This document shows positions 52,425-62,133 of a stretch of 64,000 bases of DNA, one piece after another. The DNA comes from Bacteroidota bacterium (GTDB lineage: Bacteria > Bacteroidota > Bacteroidia > UBA7662 > JAYUJN01): positions 558 to 64,557 of the forward strand of contig JAYUJN010000054.1 of the NCBI GenBank assembly GCA_043765195.1, read 5' to 3'. The notes beneath the pieces were generated by a model that saw only the letters and a program-made list of their open reading frames with translations, ran no database searches and was not told the origin of the DNA. The stretch's first letter is position 1. Every line of letters begins with the position of its first letter. Made by a program: the position numbers and the translations under genes.

Positions 52425-53381
52425 TTGAAAAAGAGTATCAAGTTAAATTTTACGAGTTTTTGGGAGGGTTTTGATGCCAAAAACAACTATTTTTTGGATA
52501 TTTTATCGCAAAAGTATGACATAAACCAGTCAAACTCACCAGACTTTTTACTATATGGCAACAGCGGCTACGACTTTTTGAACCATAAGTGTATTCGCAT
52601 TCATTACAGTGCGGAGTGCGTTAAACCCAATTATTTCCAGTGCGATTTTGCATTTAGCCATGAGCTTTCCGAGGGCAAAAACCATCGTTTGCCGCACTAC
52701 GCAGTGCGCTGCGATACAAAAAAGCTGGTAGAAAATACAAATTTAGCTAAAATATTGGCGGATAAACAGTATTTTTGCGCCATGCTTTCGTCCAATGCCA
52801 AGGCGCAAGAGCGGCACGGTTTTTTTGAGGTTTTACAAAGGTACAAACCTGTACATTCTGGCGGACGGGTTTTAAATAACATCGGATACAATCCGCAGGA
52901 CAAAATGGCGTTTATACAAAAGTATAAATTTAATTTGTGCTTTGAAAACAAAAAAGGCATAGGCTACACCACCGAAAAGTTGTGCGATGCCATGCTCGCT
53001 GGCTGCATACCCATTTACTGGGGCAATCCGCTGGCGTTTTTGGATTTTAACCCCAAAGCATTTATACAAGCTGCTGATTATAAGACCTTTGATAAGCTGC
53101 TGGAGTGCATTGTAGAAATAGACCAAAACGACGAAATGTACAAAAATATGCTTTTAGAGCCAAAGCTAAACAAAAATAGGCTCTACCATACAGCCAGCCC
53201 CGAGGCAGTTTTAGAAAAATTTGAGTACATATTTTCTAAAAAAGACAGTTTTGTACCAGTCGCCCAAAGCTGGAAAAGTGGCTTTTTGCCTACCTATTGC
53301 AACCAAAAACTCGAAAAATTGGGCAACAAAATCCAGTTTTTACACACACAACTCAACCAAAGACAAAACCAGTTATATTAA
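52425..53381 (+). CDS. Glycosyltransferase family 10 (alpha-1,3/4-fucosyltransferase-like)
   Basis: KFNLCFENKKGIGYTTEKLCDAMLAGCIPIYWGN is the GT10 signature. The apparent start is TTG. Confidence 0.8.
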   Translation: MKKSIKLNFTSFWEGFDAKNNYFLDILSQKYDINQSNSPDFLLYGNSGYDFLNHKCIRIHYSAECVKPNYFQCDFAFSHELSEGKNHRLPHYAVRCDTKKLVENTNLAKILADKQYFCAMLSSNAKAQERHGFFEVLQRYKPVHSGGRVLNNIGYNPQDKMAFIQKYKFNLCFENKKGIGYTTEKLCDAMLAGCIPIYWGNPLAFLDFNPKAFIQAADYKTFDKLLECIVEIDQNDEMYKNMLLEPKLNKNRLYHTASPEAVLEKFEYIFSKKDSFVPVAQSWKSGFLPTYCNQKLEKLGNKIQFLHTQLNQRQNQLY

Positions 53382-53401
53382 AAATTTTCATAAAAAAAAC
53401 C

Positions 53402-54088
53402 ATGCTATTACAAACCACCACAGCCCTCGCCGATACCCTGCGCACCGCCATACCCACCGCCGCACCGCCCGCCAACGCACTCTCTATGTTCGACCTCATA
53501 CTAAAAGGCGGCGTTATCATGGTGCCGATTGGCATACTTTCGGTGGTGGCGGTTTACATTATTATAGAGCGTTATTTGTACATTCAAAAAGCGGGTAGGG
53601 TAGATAGCAACCTGCTGCGGGGCATAGAAGATGCCATGAACAACGGTAATGTGCAAACCGCCACCAGCCTCTGCAAAAGCAATAATAGCTCCATAGCACG
53701 TATCCTCGAGTGGGGCTTAAACCGTGTGGGCAGACCCATAAAAGACGTGGAAAATGCCTTGGAAGCCGCAGGAAACATAGAAATAGCCCGCATGAACAAC
53801 AAGCTCGCTTATTTGGGGGTGATAGCTGGCATAGCGCCCATGCTCGGTTTTGTGGGTACAATCATCGGTGTAATCAAAATATTTTACGAAATTTCGCTCT
53901 CCGACAACATCAGTATTGGTACAATTTCGGAGGGTTTGTACGTAAAAATGATAACCAGTTGCGCTGGCTTAATCGTGGGCATTGTGGCGTATGCGGGCTT
54001 TCACTTTATAACCATAAAAATAGATAAATTCACGCTCAAAGCCGAAACAGCTATGTTCGACTTTATGAATTTATTGCACAATAGCTAA
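53402..54088 (+). CDS. exbB: MotA/TolQ/ExbB proton channel family protein
   Basis: I moved the start to ATG 53402. 3 TM segments with LAYLGVIAGIAPMLGFVGTIIGVI. Confidence 0.85.
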   Translation: MLLQTTTALADTLRTAIPTAAPPANALSMFDLILKGGVIMVPIGILSVVAVYIIIERYLYIQKAGRVDSNLLRGIEDAMNNGNVQTATSLCKSNNSSIARILEWGLNRVGRPIKDVENALEAAGNIEIARMNNKLAYLGVIAGIAPMLGFVGTIIGVIKIFYEISLSDNISIGTISEGLYVKMITSCAGLIVGIVAYAGFHFITIKIDKFTLKAETAMFDFMNLLHNS

Positions 54089-54108
54089 TTCAACCATTTG
54101 GTTTTCAG

Positions 54109-54984
54109 TTAGTTGCTGTTGTGAAGCAAATTGGCTTTTAGCGTATTTTTGAGCAGCATGGCTATGGTCATCGGACCCACGCCGCCAGGCACGGGCGTAA
54201 TGGCGGCGCATTTAGGCGCAACCGAAGCATAATCCACGTCGCCTTTTAGCACCCAGCCACGCTCGTTTGGGGCAGGCACTCGGGTAGTGCCTACGTCTAT
54301 AATTACCACGCCGTCCTTCACCATTTCGGCGGTCAAAAACTCGGGCTTGCCCAAGGCAGCTATAATTATATCGGCATTTTGCGTAAACGATTGCAGGTTT
54401 TGGGTGCGGCTGTGGCAAATCGTAACCGTGGCGTTGCCCACCACATTGGCTCGGCTCATGAGTATCGCCACGGGCATACCCACTATCTGGCTGCGCCCTA
54501 TCACCACGCAGTTTTTGCCCTGCGTTTCTATGTTGTAATGCGCCAAAAGCTCCAAAATTCCCGCTGGCGTAGCAGGCAAAAACCCATCTAAACCCTTTAC
54601 CATTTTGCCAATGTTCACGGGGTGAAAGCCATCTACGTCCTTTTCGGGCTTTATGGCAGCGATAACCAAATCTACATTGATGTGTTGGGGTAGCGGCAAT
54701 TGCACTATAAAACCGTCAATTTCTGGGTTATTATTGAGTTTTTCAATTTCCGCAAGCAAAAAATCTTGGCTAATCGTATCCTCAAATTGGAGCAACGTAG
54801 AGCTAAAACCAACCCTGCCGCACGCCTTCACCTTGTGCGCCACGTAGGTTTGGCTGCCGCCATCGTTGCCCACCAAAATGGCTGCCAAATGCGGCGGTCT
54901 GCCGCCATTTTTTGTGATTTCTGTTACTTTTTCGGCAATTTCAAGCTGTATTTTTTCCGATAATATTTTTCCGTTTAGAACCAT
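54109..54984 (-). CDS. folD: Bifunctional methylenetetrahydrofolate dehydrogenase/cyclohydrolase
   Basis: ILVGNDGGSQTYV..K.K...GF...VQLPLP...DVDGFHP.N.G...VVIGRS.IVG.P...PGGVGPMTIAML. Confidence 0.95.
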   Translation of the reverse strand: MVLNGKILSEKIQLEIAEKVTEITKNGGRPPHLAAILVGNDGGSQTYVAHKVKACGRVGFSSTLLQFEDTISQDFLLAEIEKLNNNPEIDGFIVQLPLPQHINVDLVIAAIKPEKDVDGFHPVNIGKMVKGLDGFLPATPAGILELLAHYNIETQGKNCVVIGRSQIVGMPVAILMSRANVVGNATVTICHSRTQNLQSFTQNADIIIAALGKPEFLTAEMVKDGVVIIDVGTTRVPAPNERGWVLKGDVDYASVAPKCAAITPVPGGVGPMTIAMLLKNTLKANLLHNSN

Positions 54985-55090
54985 GGCGTTGTATTTTTTT
55001 ACAAAGATAATAGATATTAAAATAAATTTAGCGTTTTAAAAGCTGCGAACAAAACCGTAACTTTACACTTTAAAATACAAAACTGATAGT

Positions 55091-56686
55091 ATGTTAGAGA
55101 ACAAAAAACTGAATATTTGGCTGCCGTTGTCGCTGGCGGTTGTGTTGGCTTTGGGTATGTTTTTGGGCAAAAAATTTGCAGATGTTTCGAGTAGCCCCGC
55201 CAAAATGGGTTCGGGCGGTTCTGATTTGGATTACATTATGGCGTACATAAAAGCCGATTATGTGGATACCGTAAACATAAAAACGGCTTATAACCAAGGA
55301 ATAGAGCATATTTTGCAGTCGTTAGACCCTTTTTCGGCGTACATACCCGCCGAAGACCTGCGCCAAGCAAGCGAGCCTTTGGAGGGAAATTTTGAGGGCA
55401 TCGGCGTGGAGTTTTATTTGTTTAAAGACACGGTTTTGGTGGTAAATGTAATTACTGGCGGACCTTCGGAGCAAGTGGGCATACAAGCTGGCGACAAAAT
55501 AGTGCGTGTAAACGGCGAAAACATCACCGCTTCCAAAATAACCAACGAGCGTGTGGTAAAGCTGCTCAAAGGCGCAAAAGGCTCTAAGGTGGATTTGGGC
55601 ATTGCCCGAAAATCAAGCAAAAAAATACTGGAGTTTAAGGTTACACGGGGCAATGTACCCATTCGCAGCATAGATGCCAGCCTGATGGTGAGCAGCAATG
55701 TGGGCTACATAAAAATAAATAGTTTTAGTGCCACCACCGCTACCGAAATGCAAACCGCCCTCAAAAAACTGAGCGGCATGGGCATGACCAAGCTCATACT
55801 CGACCTGCGAAACAACGGCGGCGGATACTTGGAGGCAGCCATCGGCGTAGCCGACGAGTTTCTGAAAAACGACCAGTTGGTTACTTACACGCAGGGTCGC
55901 TCGCAGCCCAAACACGCCTACAACGCCACGTCTTACGGTACTTTTGAGCAAAAACCGCTGGCGATACTCATAGACGAAGGCTCGGCTTCGGCTTCGGAAA
56001 TTTTGGCGGGTGCCATACAAGACTGGGATAGGGGAACGATTGTGGGGCGGCGGTCGTTTGGCAAGGGGCTGGTGCAAGAGCAGTACCTCATGCCCTCGGG
56101 GGCGGCGCTGCGCCTCACGGTTTCTCGCTACTTTACGCCCTCGGGGCGCTGCATACAAAAGCCCTACACCGACAACCTAAATATGCGCAATGGCTCGTAC
56201 CTAAAACTGCACCAAGCCGAACTTTTTAGCCTCGATAGCATCAAAACCAACGACTCGTTGCGCTACTTAACCAAGGCAGGGCGGGTGGTTTATGGCGGCG
56301 GTGGCATCATTCCCGATGTGTTTGTGCCTGCCGACAGCAGCCGTTTCGACGAGTTTTTTATAGAGGTTTTTGCCCAAGGAATTTTGCTCGAGTACGCTTA
56401 CCAATACGCTACGGACAAGCAGGAACTACTGAAAATTTATAAAAATTCACAAAATTACAGCACCAGTTTTAATTTGCCCGAATACGATTACCTCGACTTT
56501 ATAGAATACGCCAAGAAAAAAGGCATTACCAAAAAGAGCAAACCAAGCGACCAAAAACCGATTAAAAACTATTTGAAAGCCTACATCGGCAAGCGTGTTT
56601 TTGACGAAAATGCGCTGTACGCCACGCTTTTGGTAGATGACAAAACGGCGTTGAAGGCACTCCAAATTTTAAACCAAAAAAACTAA
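55091..56686 (+). CDS. S41 family C-terminal processing peptidase
   Basis: PDZ segment (GPSEQVGIQAGDKIVRVNGE), LILDLRNNGGGYL, and the serine motif IDEGSASASEILAGAIQD. Confidence 0.9.
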   Translation: MLENKKLNIWLPLSLAVVLALGMFLGKKFADVSSSPAKMGSGGSDLDYIMAYIKADYVDTVNIKTAYNQGIEHILQSLDPFSAYIPAEDLRQASEPLEGNFEGIGVEFYLFKDTVLVVNVITGGPSEQVGIQAGDKIVRVNGENITASKITNERVVKLLKGAKGSKVDLGIARKSSKKILEFKVTRGNVPIRSIDASLMVSSNVGYIKINSFSATTATEMQTALKKLSGMGMTKLILDLRNNGGGYLEAAIGVADEFLKNDQLVTYTQGRSQPKHAYNATSYGTFEQKPLAILIDEGSASASEILAGAIQDWDRGTIVGRRSFGKGLVQEQYLMPSGAALRLTVSRYFTPSGRCIQKPYTDNLNMRNGSYLKLHQAELFSLDSIKTNDSLRYLTKAGRVVYGGGGIIPDVFVPADSSRFDEFFIEVFAQGILLEYAYQYATDKQELLKIYKNSQNYSTSFNLPEYDYLDFIEYAKKKGITKKSKPSDQKPIKNYLKAYIGKRVFDENALYATLLVDDKTALKALQILNQKN

Positions 56687-56706
56687 TCTTAAACCCTGAA
56701 ATAAAA

Positions 56707-58275
56707 ATGTTACAAAAAAGCGTTTGCGCCCTACTGATTTTTCAGTGCCTAAGCCTGTTTGGGCAGGCTCAAAATAAAATAGCCAAAACGATTTCTGCGG
56801 ACGAAATGCGCACGGATTTATATTTTTTGGCGGGTGATGACTGCGCAGGGCGTGGCACCGACCAAGCGGGTTTGCAGGTGGCAGCCGCTTACATTGCCAA
56901 GCAAATGGAAGCCGCCAAAGTGCCAGCCCCAACCATGGTGCAACACAACGGCGATACGACCCGAAACAGCTATTTTCAGAAAGTGCCATTGCTCAAAAAA
57001 GGCATACAAACCCTGGAACTGACCATAAAAGGGCAAACGATTAAGCCATACTCGGAGTTTTATGTGGACAAAAACACCTACTCAAATACCGTGGAGGCGA
57101 CCGAAATCGTGTTTTTGGGCTTTGGTATAGACGATGCCAACTACTCCGACCTGACCATGGACATTACCGACAAAATAGTGATGATAGCCGAGGGCGAACC
57201 CATGAAAAAAGACATTAGTTGGGTTACAAAAACGGATAAACGCAGCAAATACGCCTCTAATTTTAGGGCAAAAGTAAAAGAACTCAAAAAACGTAACCCC
57301 AAGGCAATTATTTGTACGGGCGCATCGGTGGGGGATATGATGGCGAAATACGGCGAGTATTTGAGCGCAGCCACCTACTCGGTGGACGATGCAAAGGCAG
57401 AAAAAAATAGGGTGGAGAGCATTCCAGTGATTAACATTACGCCAGATGTAGCCAAGCTCCTTTTGCCGAAATACGCCAATTATTTGAAAAAAATAAGCAA
57501 AAAAGGCAAGCCGCAAACCTTTGTTTTTCCTGCATATTTCAGGGCAAACATCGAAACTTTTGAAAAAAAGGTGGTTTCGCAAAACATCGCTGGTTTTATA
57601 AAAGGCACTCAAAAACCCGACGAGGTAGTGGTGATAAGCGCACATTACGATCATTTGGGCAAAAACGACAAGCAAACTTTTTATGGTGCCGACGACAACG
57701 GCAGCGGCACGACCATGGTTATAAACCTGATGCGAGCCTTTGCCAAAACGGTGGGTACGGACTATGCGCCCAAGCGCAGTATTTTGTTTTTGTTTATGAC
57801 GGGCGAAGAAAAAGGGCTGCTCGGCTCGGAGTATTATACGTATAACCCCATTTTTCCGCTAAAAAACACCATAGCCGACCTAAATACCGACATGGTGGGG
57901 CGCATAGACGATGCCCACGCCAACAACCCGAATTATGTGTATGTGATAGGGGCGGACAAAATAAGCACGGAACTAAGCCAAATAAATGAAGATGCGAACG
58001 ACAATGTGGGCTTGGAACTGGACTATACCTACAACGATGAGAACGACCCAAACCAGTTTTATTACAGGTCGGACCATTACAATTTTGCCAAAAATGGCGT
58101 ACCCGTTATTTTTTATTTCAATGGCGTACACGCCGACTACCACCAGCCCACGGACACACCAGACAAAATAGATTTTCCGAAAATGAAAAAAATAGCCAAT
58201 CTGGTGTTTTACACCGCTTCGGAGCTGGCATCTCGCCCCGAGCGGCTAAAAATAGACGTGAAAGCAGCGGAATAG
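56707..58275 (+). CDS. M28 family peptidase with a PA domain
   Basis: Signal peptide, then SAHYDHLG...GADDNGSGT...MTGEEKGLLGS...HADYHQPTD. Confidence 0.85.
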   Translation: MLQKSVCALLIFQCLSLFGQAQNKIAKTISADEMRTDLYFLAGDDCAGRGTDQAGLQVAAAYIAKQMEAAKVPAPTMVQHNGDTTRNSYFQKVPLLKKGIQTLELTIKGQTIKPYSEFYVDKNTYSNTVEATEIVFLGFGIDDANYSDLTMDITDKIVMIAEGEPMKKDISWVTKTDKRSKYASNFRAKVKELKKRNPKAIICTGASVGDMMAKYGEYLSAATYSVDDAKAEKNRVESIPVINITPDVAKLLLPKYANYLKKISKKGKPQTFVFPAYFRANIETFEKKVVSQNIAGFIKGTQKPDEVVVISAHYDHLGKNDKQTFYGADDNGSGTTMVINLMRAFAKTVGTDYAPKRSILFLFMTGEEKGLLGSEYYTYNPIFPLKNTIADLNTDMVGRIDDAHANNPNYVYVIGADKISTELSQINEDANDNVGLELDYTYNDENDPNQFYYRSDHYNFAKNGVPVIFYFNGVHADYHQPTDTPDKIDFPKMKKIANLVFYTASELASRPERLKIDVKAAE

Positions 58276-58316
58276 GCGGGTTGAGATTTTGTAGAACGAA
58301 ACAACCGACAATTGAA

Positions 58317-59750
58317 ATGAAAAAACGATACATTTATTACTTTTTGCTCTTACTATTGTTAGCCGACCTGACGTATTCGTTTTTGCAACATAGCAGTATG
58401 CCCTTAGACGGTGATATGGCTGGTGGAATTGTTCCAGGTGAGGACGTTAAACCAATTTTAAAAGACCCCTTTGGCGTTTCAGTTTTAACACAAAATGCGG
58501 TTTATCCGAACCCCAATAGGTACTTTGCGCACTGGACGTACTACACCTACTTTAATCGTGTGCCACTTTTGCTGCAAAGTTTTGTTTCACCTATCGAAAG
58601 TGTATATTTAGCATCGGCAATTGCTAAAATATTGATACAGTTTTTAATTATGACATTGCTTGCCTTCTATATAACTGGTCGGCAAAAAATATTCAGCTTT
58701 GACTTTTTAGTTGCAGCAATTCTTGTTACTCCGCTGTTTCAGACAAATGGTTACAGAAGCCATATTGGTATTATTGACCCTTCAATTACCTACACTTTTT
58801 TTTATGCCTTGCCCTGTGCGATGCTTTTACTGTTCTATTTGCCGTTCTTCTTCGATTCAGTTTATGGAACGGAAAAAATGAAGAACCCATTCTTGAAAAT
58901 ATTTACTTTTATGCTTGGGATTTTTATCGTTTTTAATGGAGCGTTAAATCCTGGAATAATTTTGATTGTTACATTATTATTTGGTGTGATGAGCTACCTC
59001 CAAACGGACAAAAACTTATCTTTTCCGAATCGAGTAATTCATACTTTTTACATAGTACCAAAGACATATATGTTTTTTTTTACTTTGGTTGGTATTTTGA
59101 GTTTGTATGGTTTGTACATTGGCACAAATAATTCAATATTTTTATATGAAACAACATCAATAGGCGAAAGATACTCAAGAATTCCAGAAGGAATAATTAC
59201 GGTTGTAAGGCAAAAAATAGTCTTCCCAATATTTCTGATTATGATTGGTGTTAATGTATTTTTTTTGCGCAAAAATCAGAGCATTGAAATAAAAAAATCA
59301 CTTCGCATTTTTAGTTGGATTGGTATATTTTCACTCGTTTATATTTTATTGTTGCCACTCGGTGGTTATAAGGGTTATCGACCATACATATTGCGTTACG
59401 ACACAATTATGCCAATAACCATTGGACTAATTTTTATTTATTCAAAGTCAAGTTTTCAGCTAATAGAGAAATTTGAAGGCAAAAAAAAATATGCGTATAT
59501 ATTACTAATAACTTTGTTTACTTTTGTTTTTACAAATGCGGACAAACCAGGGTTTGACAAAAATGAAGGTGAAAAACTGGCGTTGTTAAAAATTTCCAAA
59601 TCAAAAGAAAAAACTGTGTTTATTGAAACCAACTGTACAATTCTTTCGTGGGATAAGGTTACAGATTCAACAAAGTCGGCGCTGAATGGAAAATTACTAA
59701 AAAAATGGAAAATTACGAGCGACGATAAACTTTATTATCAAAATGAATAA
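58317..59750 (+). CDS. Hypothetical polytopic membrane protein (AT-rich gene)
   Basis: I moved the start to ATG 58317. About 11-12 TM segments plus a soluble C-terminal ~90 aa. No motif recognised. Confidence 0.5.
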   Translation: MKKRYIYYFLLLLLLADLTYSFLQHSSMPLDGDMAGGIVPGEDVKPILKDPFGVSVLTQNAVYPNPNRYFAHWTYYTYFNRVPLLLQSFVSPIESVYLASAIAKILIQFLIMTLLAFYITGRQKIFSFDFLVAAILVTPLFQTNGYRSHIGIIDPSITYTFFYALPCAMLLLFYLPFFFDSVYGTEKMKNPFLKIFTFMLGIFIVFNGALNPGIILIVTLLFGVMSYLQTDKNLSFPNRVIHTFYIVPKTYMFFFTLVGILSLYGLYIGTNNSIFLYETTSIGERYSRIPEGIITVVRQKIVFPIFLIMIGVNVFFLRKNQSIEIKKSLRIFSWIGIFSLVYILLLPLGGYKGYRPYILRYDTIMPITIGLIFIYSKSSFQLIEKFEGKKKYAYILLITLFTFVFTNADKPGFDKNEGEKLALLKISKSKEKTVFIETNCTILSWDKVTDSTKSALNGKLLKKWKITSDDKLYYQNE

Positions 59751-59770
59751 TACCCAACCCAAAACGTTGT

Positions 59771-61087
59771 TTACGCACTTTCCAGCGTTCCGAACAAGTC
59801 AAAATCGGTGGCAGAGGTAATTTTAATTTGGGCAAAATCGCCGATGCGCACAAAATTGGTTTTGGCATCTACCAACACTTCGTTGTCCACTTCGGGGCTA
59901 TCGAACTCGGTGCGCCCCACGAAGTTTGCGCCCTCTTTGCGGTCGAATAAAACCTTGAAAGTTTTGTTTACCTTTTGCTGGTTTAGCTCAAACGAAATAT
60001 TTTGCTGTATCTCCATGATTTCGTTGGCTCTGTTTTGCTTGGTTTCTTGCGGCACGTCGTCGGGTAGGTTGTAGGCGGCGGTGTTTTCCTCGTGTGAGTA
60101 GGTAAACACGCCCAACCGCTCGAACTTATTAAGCTCCACAAATTGCAGTAGGTCTTGGTGGTCGGCTTCGGTTTCGCCAGGGAAACCAGTTACGATGCTG
60201 GTTCGGAGCGTAATTTCGGGTATTTTTACCCTAATTTCTTCTATGAGTGCCTGCGTGCGTTCGGCGGTGATGCCACGCCGCATGGCTTTGAGCATATTGT
60301 TGCTGGCGTGTTGGAGCGGCATATCCAAATAGTTGCAAATGTTGCTTCGCTCTTGCATCACGTCTAAAATTTCCATCGGAAAATGGGCAGGATAGGCGTA
60401 TTGCAAGCGAATCCAATCTACGCCCTCCACGTCCGATAGGTTTTGGAGCAGGGTGTGCAGTTGCTGTTTGTTGTTCAAATCCAAGCCGTAGTAGGTGAGG
60501 TCTTGGGCGATGAGTACGAGTTCTTTCACGCCTTGGCGCACCAAATTTTTGGTTTCCGTTACCAGTTCCTGTATGGGTTTGCTACGGTGTTTGCCACGCA
60601 TGAGCGGTATGGCGCAAAAGGCGCACGGGTGGTTGCAGCCCTCCGATATTTTGAGAAAAGCCGTGTGGTTGGGTGTGGTGAGCAGCCGCTCGCCCAGCAG
60701 CTCGTGTTTGTAGTCGGCTTTTAGGGTTTTTAGCAGTCGGGGTAGCTCCATTGTACCAAAAAAAGCGTCGACCTCGGGCATTTCTGCCTCCAATTCGTCT
60801 TTGTAGCGGTGCGAGAGGCAGCCAGTTACGTACAGTTTTTGTATCAGTCCTTTGCTTTTGGCTTCCGAAAACTGCAAAATGGTATTGATGCTTTCCTCTT
60901 TTGCGTTGTCTATAAAACCGCAGGTGTTTATAATTACTATCCCAGCGTCGTTTTTTGTGTCCTCGTGGGCTACGTCGTATTTGTTGGCTCGCAGTTGCGC
61001 CATCATTACTTCGCTGTCCACGATGTTTTTTGAGCAGCCGAGCGTAACTACGTTTATTTTGTTGGCTTTTAGTGTTTTTGTTTTCAT
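59771..61087 (-). CDS. rimO: Ribosomal protein S12 methylthiotransferase
   Basis: N-terminus VTLGCSKN, radical SAM CNHPCAFCAIP, and a C-terminal TRAM domain. Confidence 0.9.
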   Translation of the reverse strand: MKTKTLKANKINVVTLGCSKNIVDSEVMMAQLRANKYDVAHEDTKNDAGIVIINTCGFIDNAKEESINTILQFSEAKSKGLIQKLYVTGCLSHRYKDELEAEMPEVDAFFGTMELPRLLKTLKADYKHELLGERLLTTPNHTAFLKISEGCNHPCAFCAIPLMRGKHRSKPIQELVTETKNLVRQGVKELVLIAQDLTYYGLDLNNKQQLHTLLQNLSDVEGVDWIRLQYAYPAHFPMEILDVMQERSNICNYLDMPLQHASNNMLKAMRRGITAERTQALIEEIRVKIPEITLRTSIVTGFPGETEADHQDLLQFVELNKFERLGVFTYSHEENTAAYNLPDDVPQETKQNRANEIMEIQQNISFELNQQKVNKTFKVLFDRKEGANFVGRTEFDSPEVDNEVLVDAKTNFVRIGDFAQIKITSATDFDLFGTLESA

Positions 61088-62041
61088 TTAATCTCCAAAA
61101 AGGGTTTTTACAAAGCTGTGTTTATCGAAGGCTTGCAGGTCGTTTATGCCTTCGCCGATGCCTACGTATTTTACGGGTATTTTAAACTGGTCCGAAATGC
61201 CGATGACCACGCCGCCTTTTGCCGTTCCGTCCAGTTTGGTAATGGCGAGTGCGGTTACGTTGGTGGCTTTTGTAAATTCGGTGGCTTGAATAAACGCATT
61301 TTGCCCCGTGCTGCCGTCGAGTACCAGCAGTACTTCGTGTGGTGCGTTGGGTATGAGCTTGCTCATCACGGTTTTTATTTTGGTGAGTTCGTTCATCAGG
61401 TTTATTTTTGTGTGCAGCCTGCCTGCGGTATCTATAATTACGATGTCGGCATTTTGGGCGATGCCCTGCTTTACGGCATCGTAGGCTACGGCGGAGGGGT
61501 CGGTGTTCATGCCGTGCATCACTATTTCTACGCCCGTGCGGTCTGCCCACACTTTTAGTTGGTCCACGGCGGCGGCACGAAAGGTATCGGCTGCGCCCAG
61601 CACCACTTTTTTGCCATTTTGTGTAAATTTATGCGCCAGTTTGCCTATGGTTGTTGTTTTTCCCACGCCATTTACGCCCACCACCATTATAATGTAGGGT
61701 TTTTGGGTGTTTTCTACGTCAATTTCGGTATCGGTGAGTAGTTTTTCTATTTCCTCTCGTAGGGTTTTGTTTAGCTGAGAGGTGTTTATGTATTTTTCTT
61801 GGGCAATGCGGCTTTCTATGCTCCGAATTATTTTTAGGGTTGTAGCCACGCCCACGTCGCTGGTGATGAGCGCATTTTCGAGCCTATCCAGCACTTCGTC
61901 ATCTACCTTGGTTTTGCCTACTACCGCACTGGCTATTTTATCGAAAAAATTGGATTTGGTTTTCTCTATTTTTTCTGCCAGTTGCTCGGTTTCAGCCTGC
62001 GTTTCTTGCTTGTTTTTTTTAAAAAAGTCGAATATGCCCAT
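61088..62041 (-). CDS. ftsY: Signal recognition particle receptor
   Basis: VGVNGVGKTTTIGKLA, DTAGRLH, TKLDGTAKGG. The stop abuts the rimO start (TAAATG). Confidence 0.95.
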   Translation of the reverse strand: MGIFDFFKKNKQETQAETEQLAEKIEKTKSNFFDKIASAVVGKTKVDDEVLDRLENALITSDVGVATTLKIIRSIESRIAQEKYINTSQLNKTLREEIEKLLTDTEIDVENTQKPYIIMVVGVNGVGKTTTIGKLAHKFTQNGKKVVLGAADTFRAAAVDQLKVWADRTGVEIVMHGMNTDPSAVAYDAVKQGIAQNADIVIIDTAGRLHTKINLMNELTKIKTVMSKLIPNAPHEVLLVLDGSTGQNAFIQATEFTKATNVTALAITKLDGTAKGGVVIGISDQFKIPVKYVGIGEGINDLQAFDKHSFVKTLFGD

Positions 62042-62133
62042 GGTTTTTGTTTGAATAGGTTCGGGTTGTGCTTGAGTTTTGTGTGGTTTTTCGGGGCTGC
62101 AAAATTACGCCTAAAATGCCAATAATTTGCGCC

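Noticed and set aside
11327-54984. Apparent enrichment of folate and one-carbon genes (ftcD, pabC-like, folP, folD).
   Set aside because: They are scattered in separate transcription units across 43 kb, with no evidence of a functional cluster.
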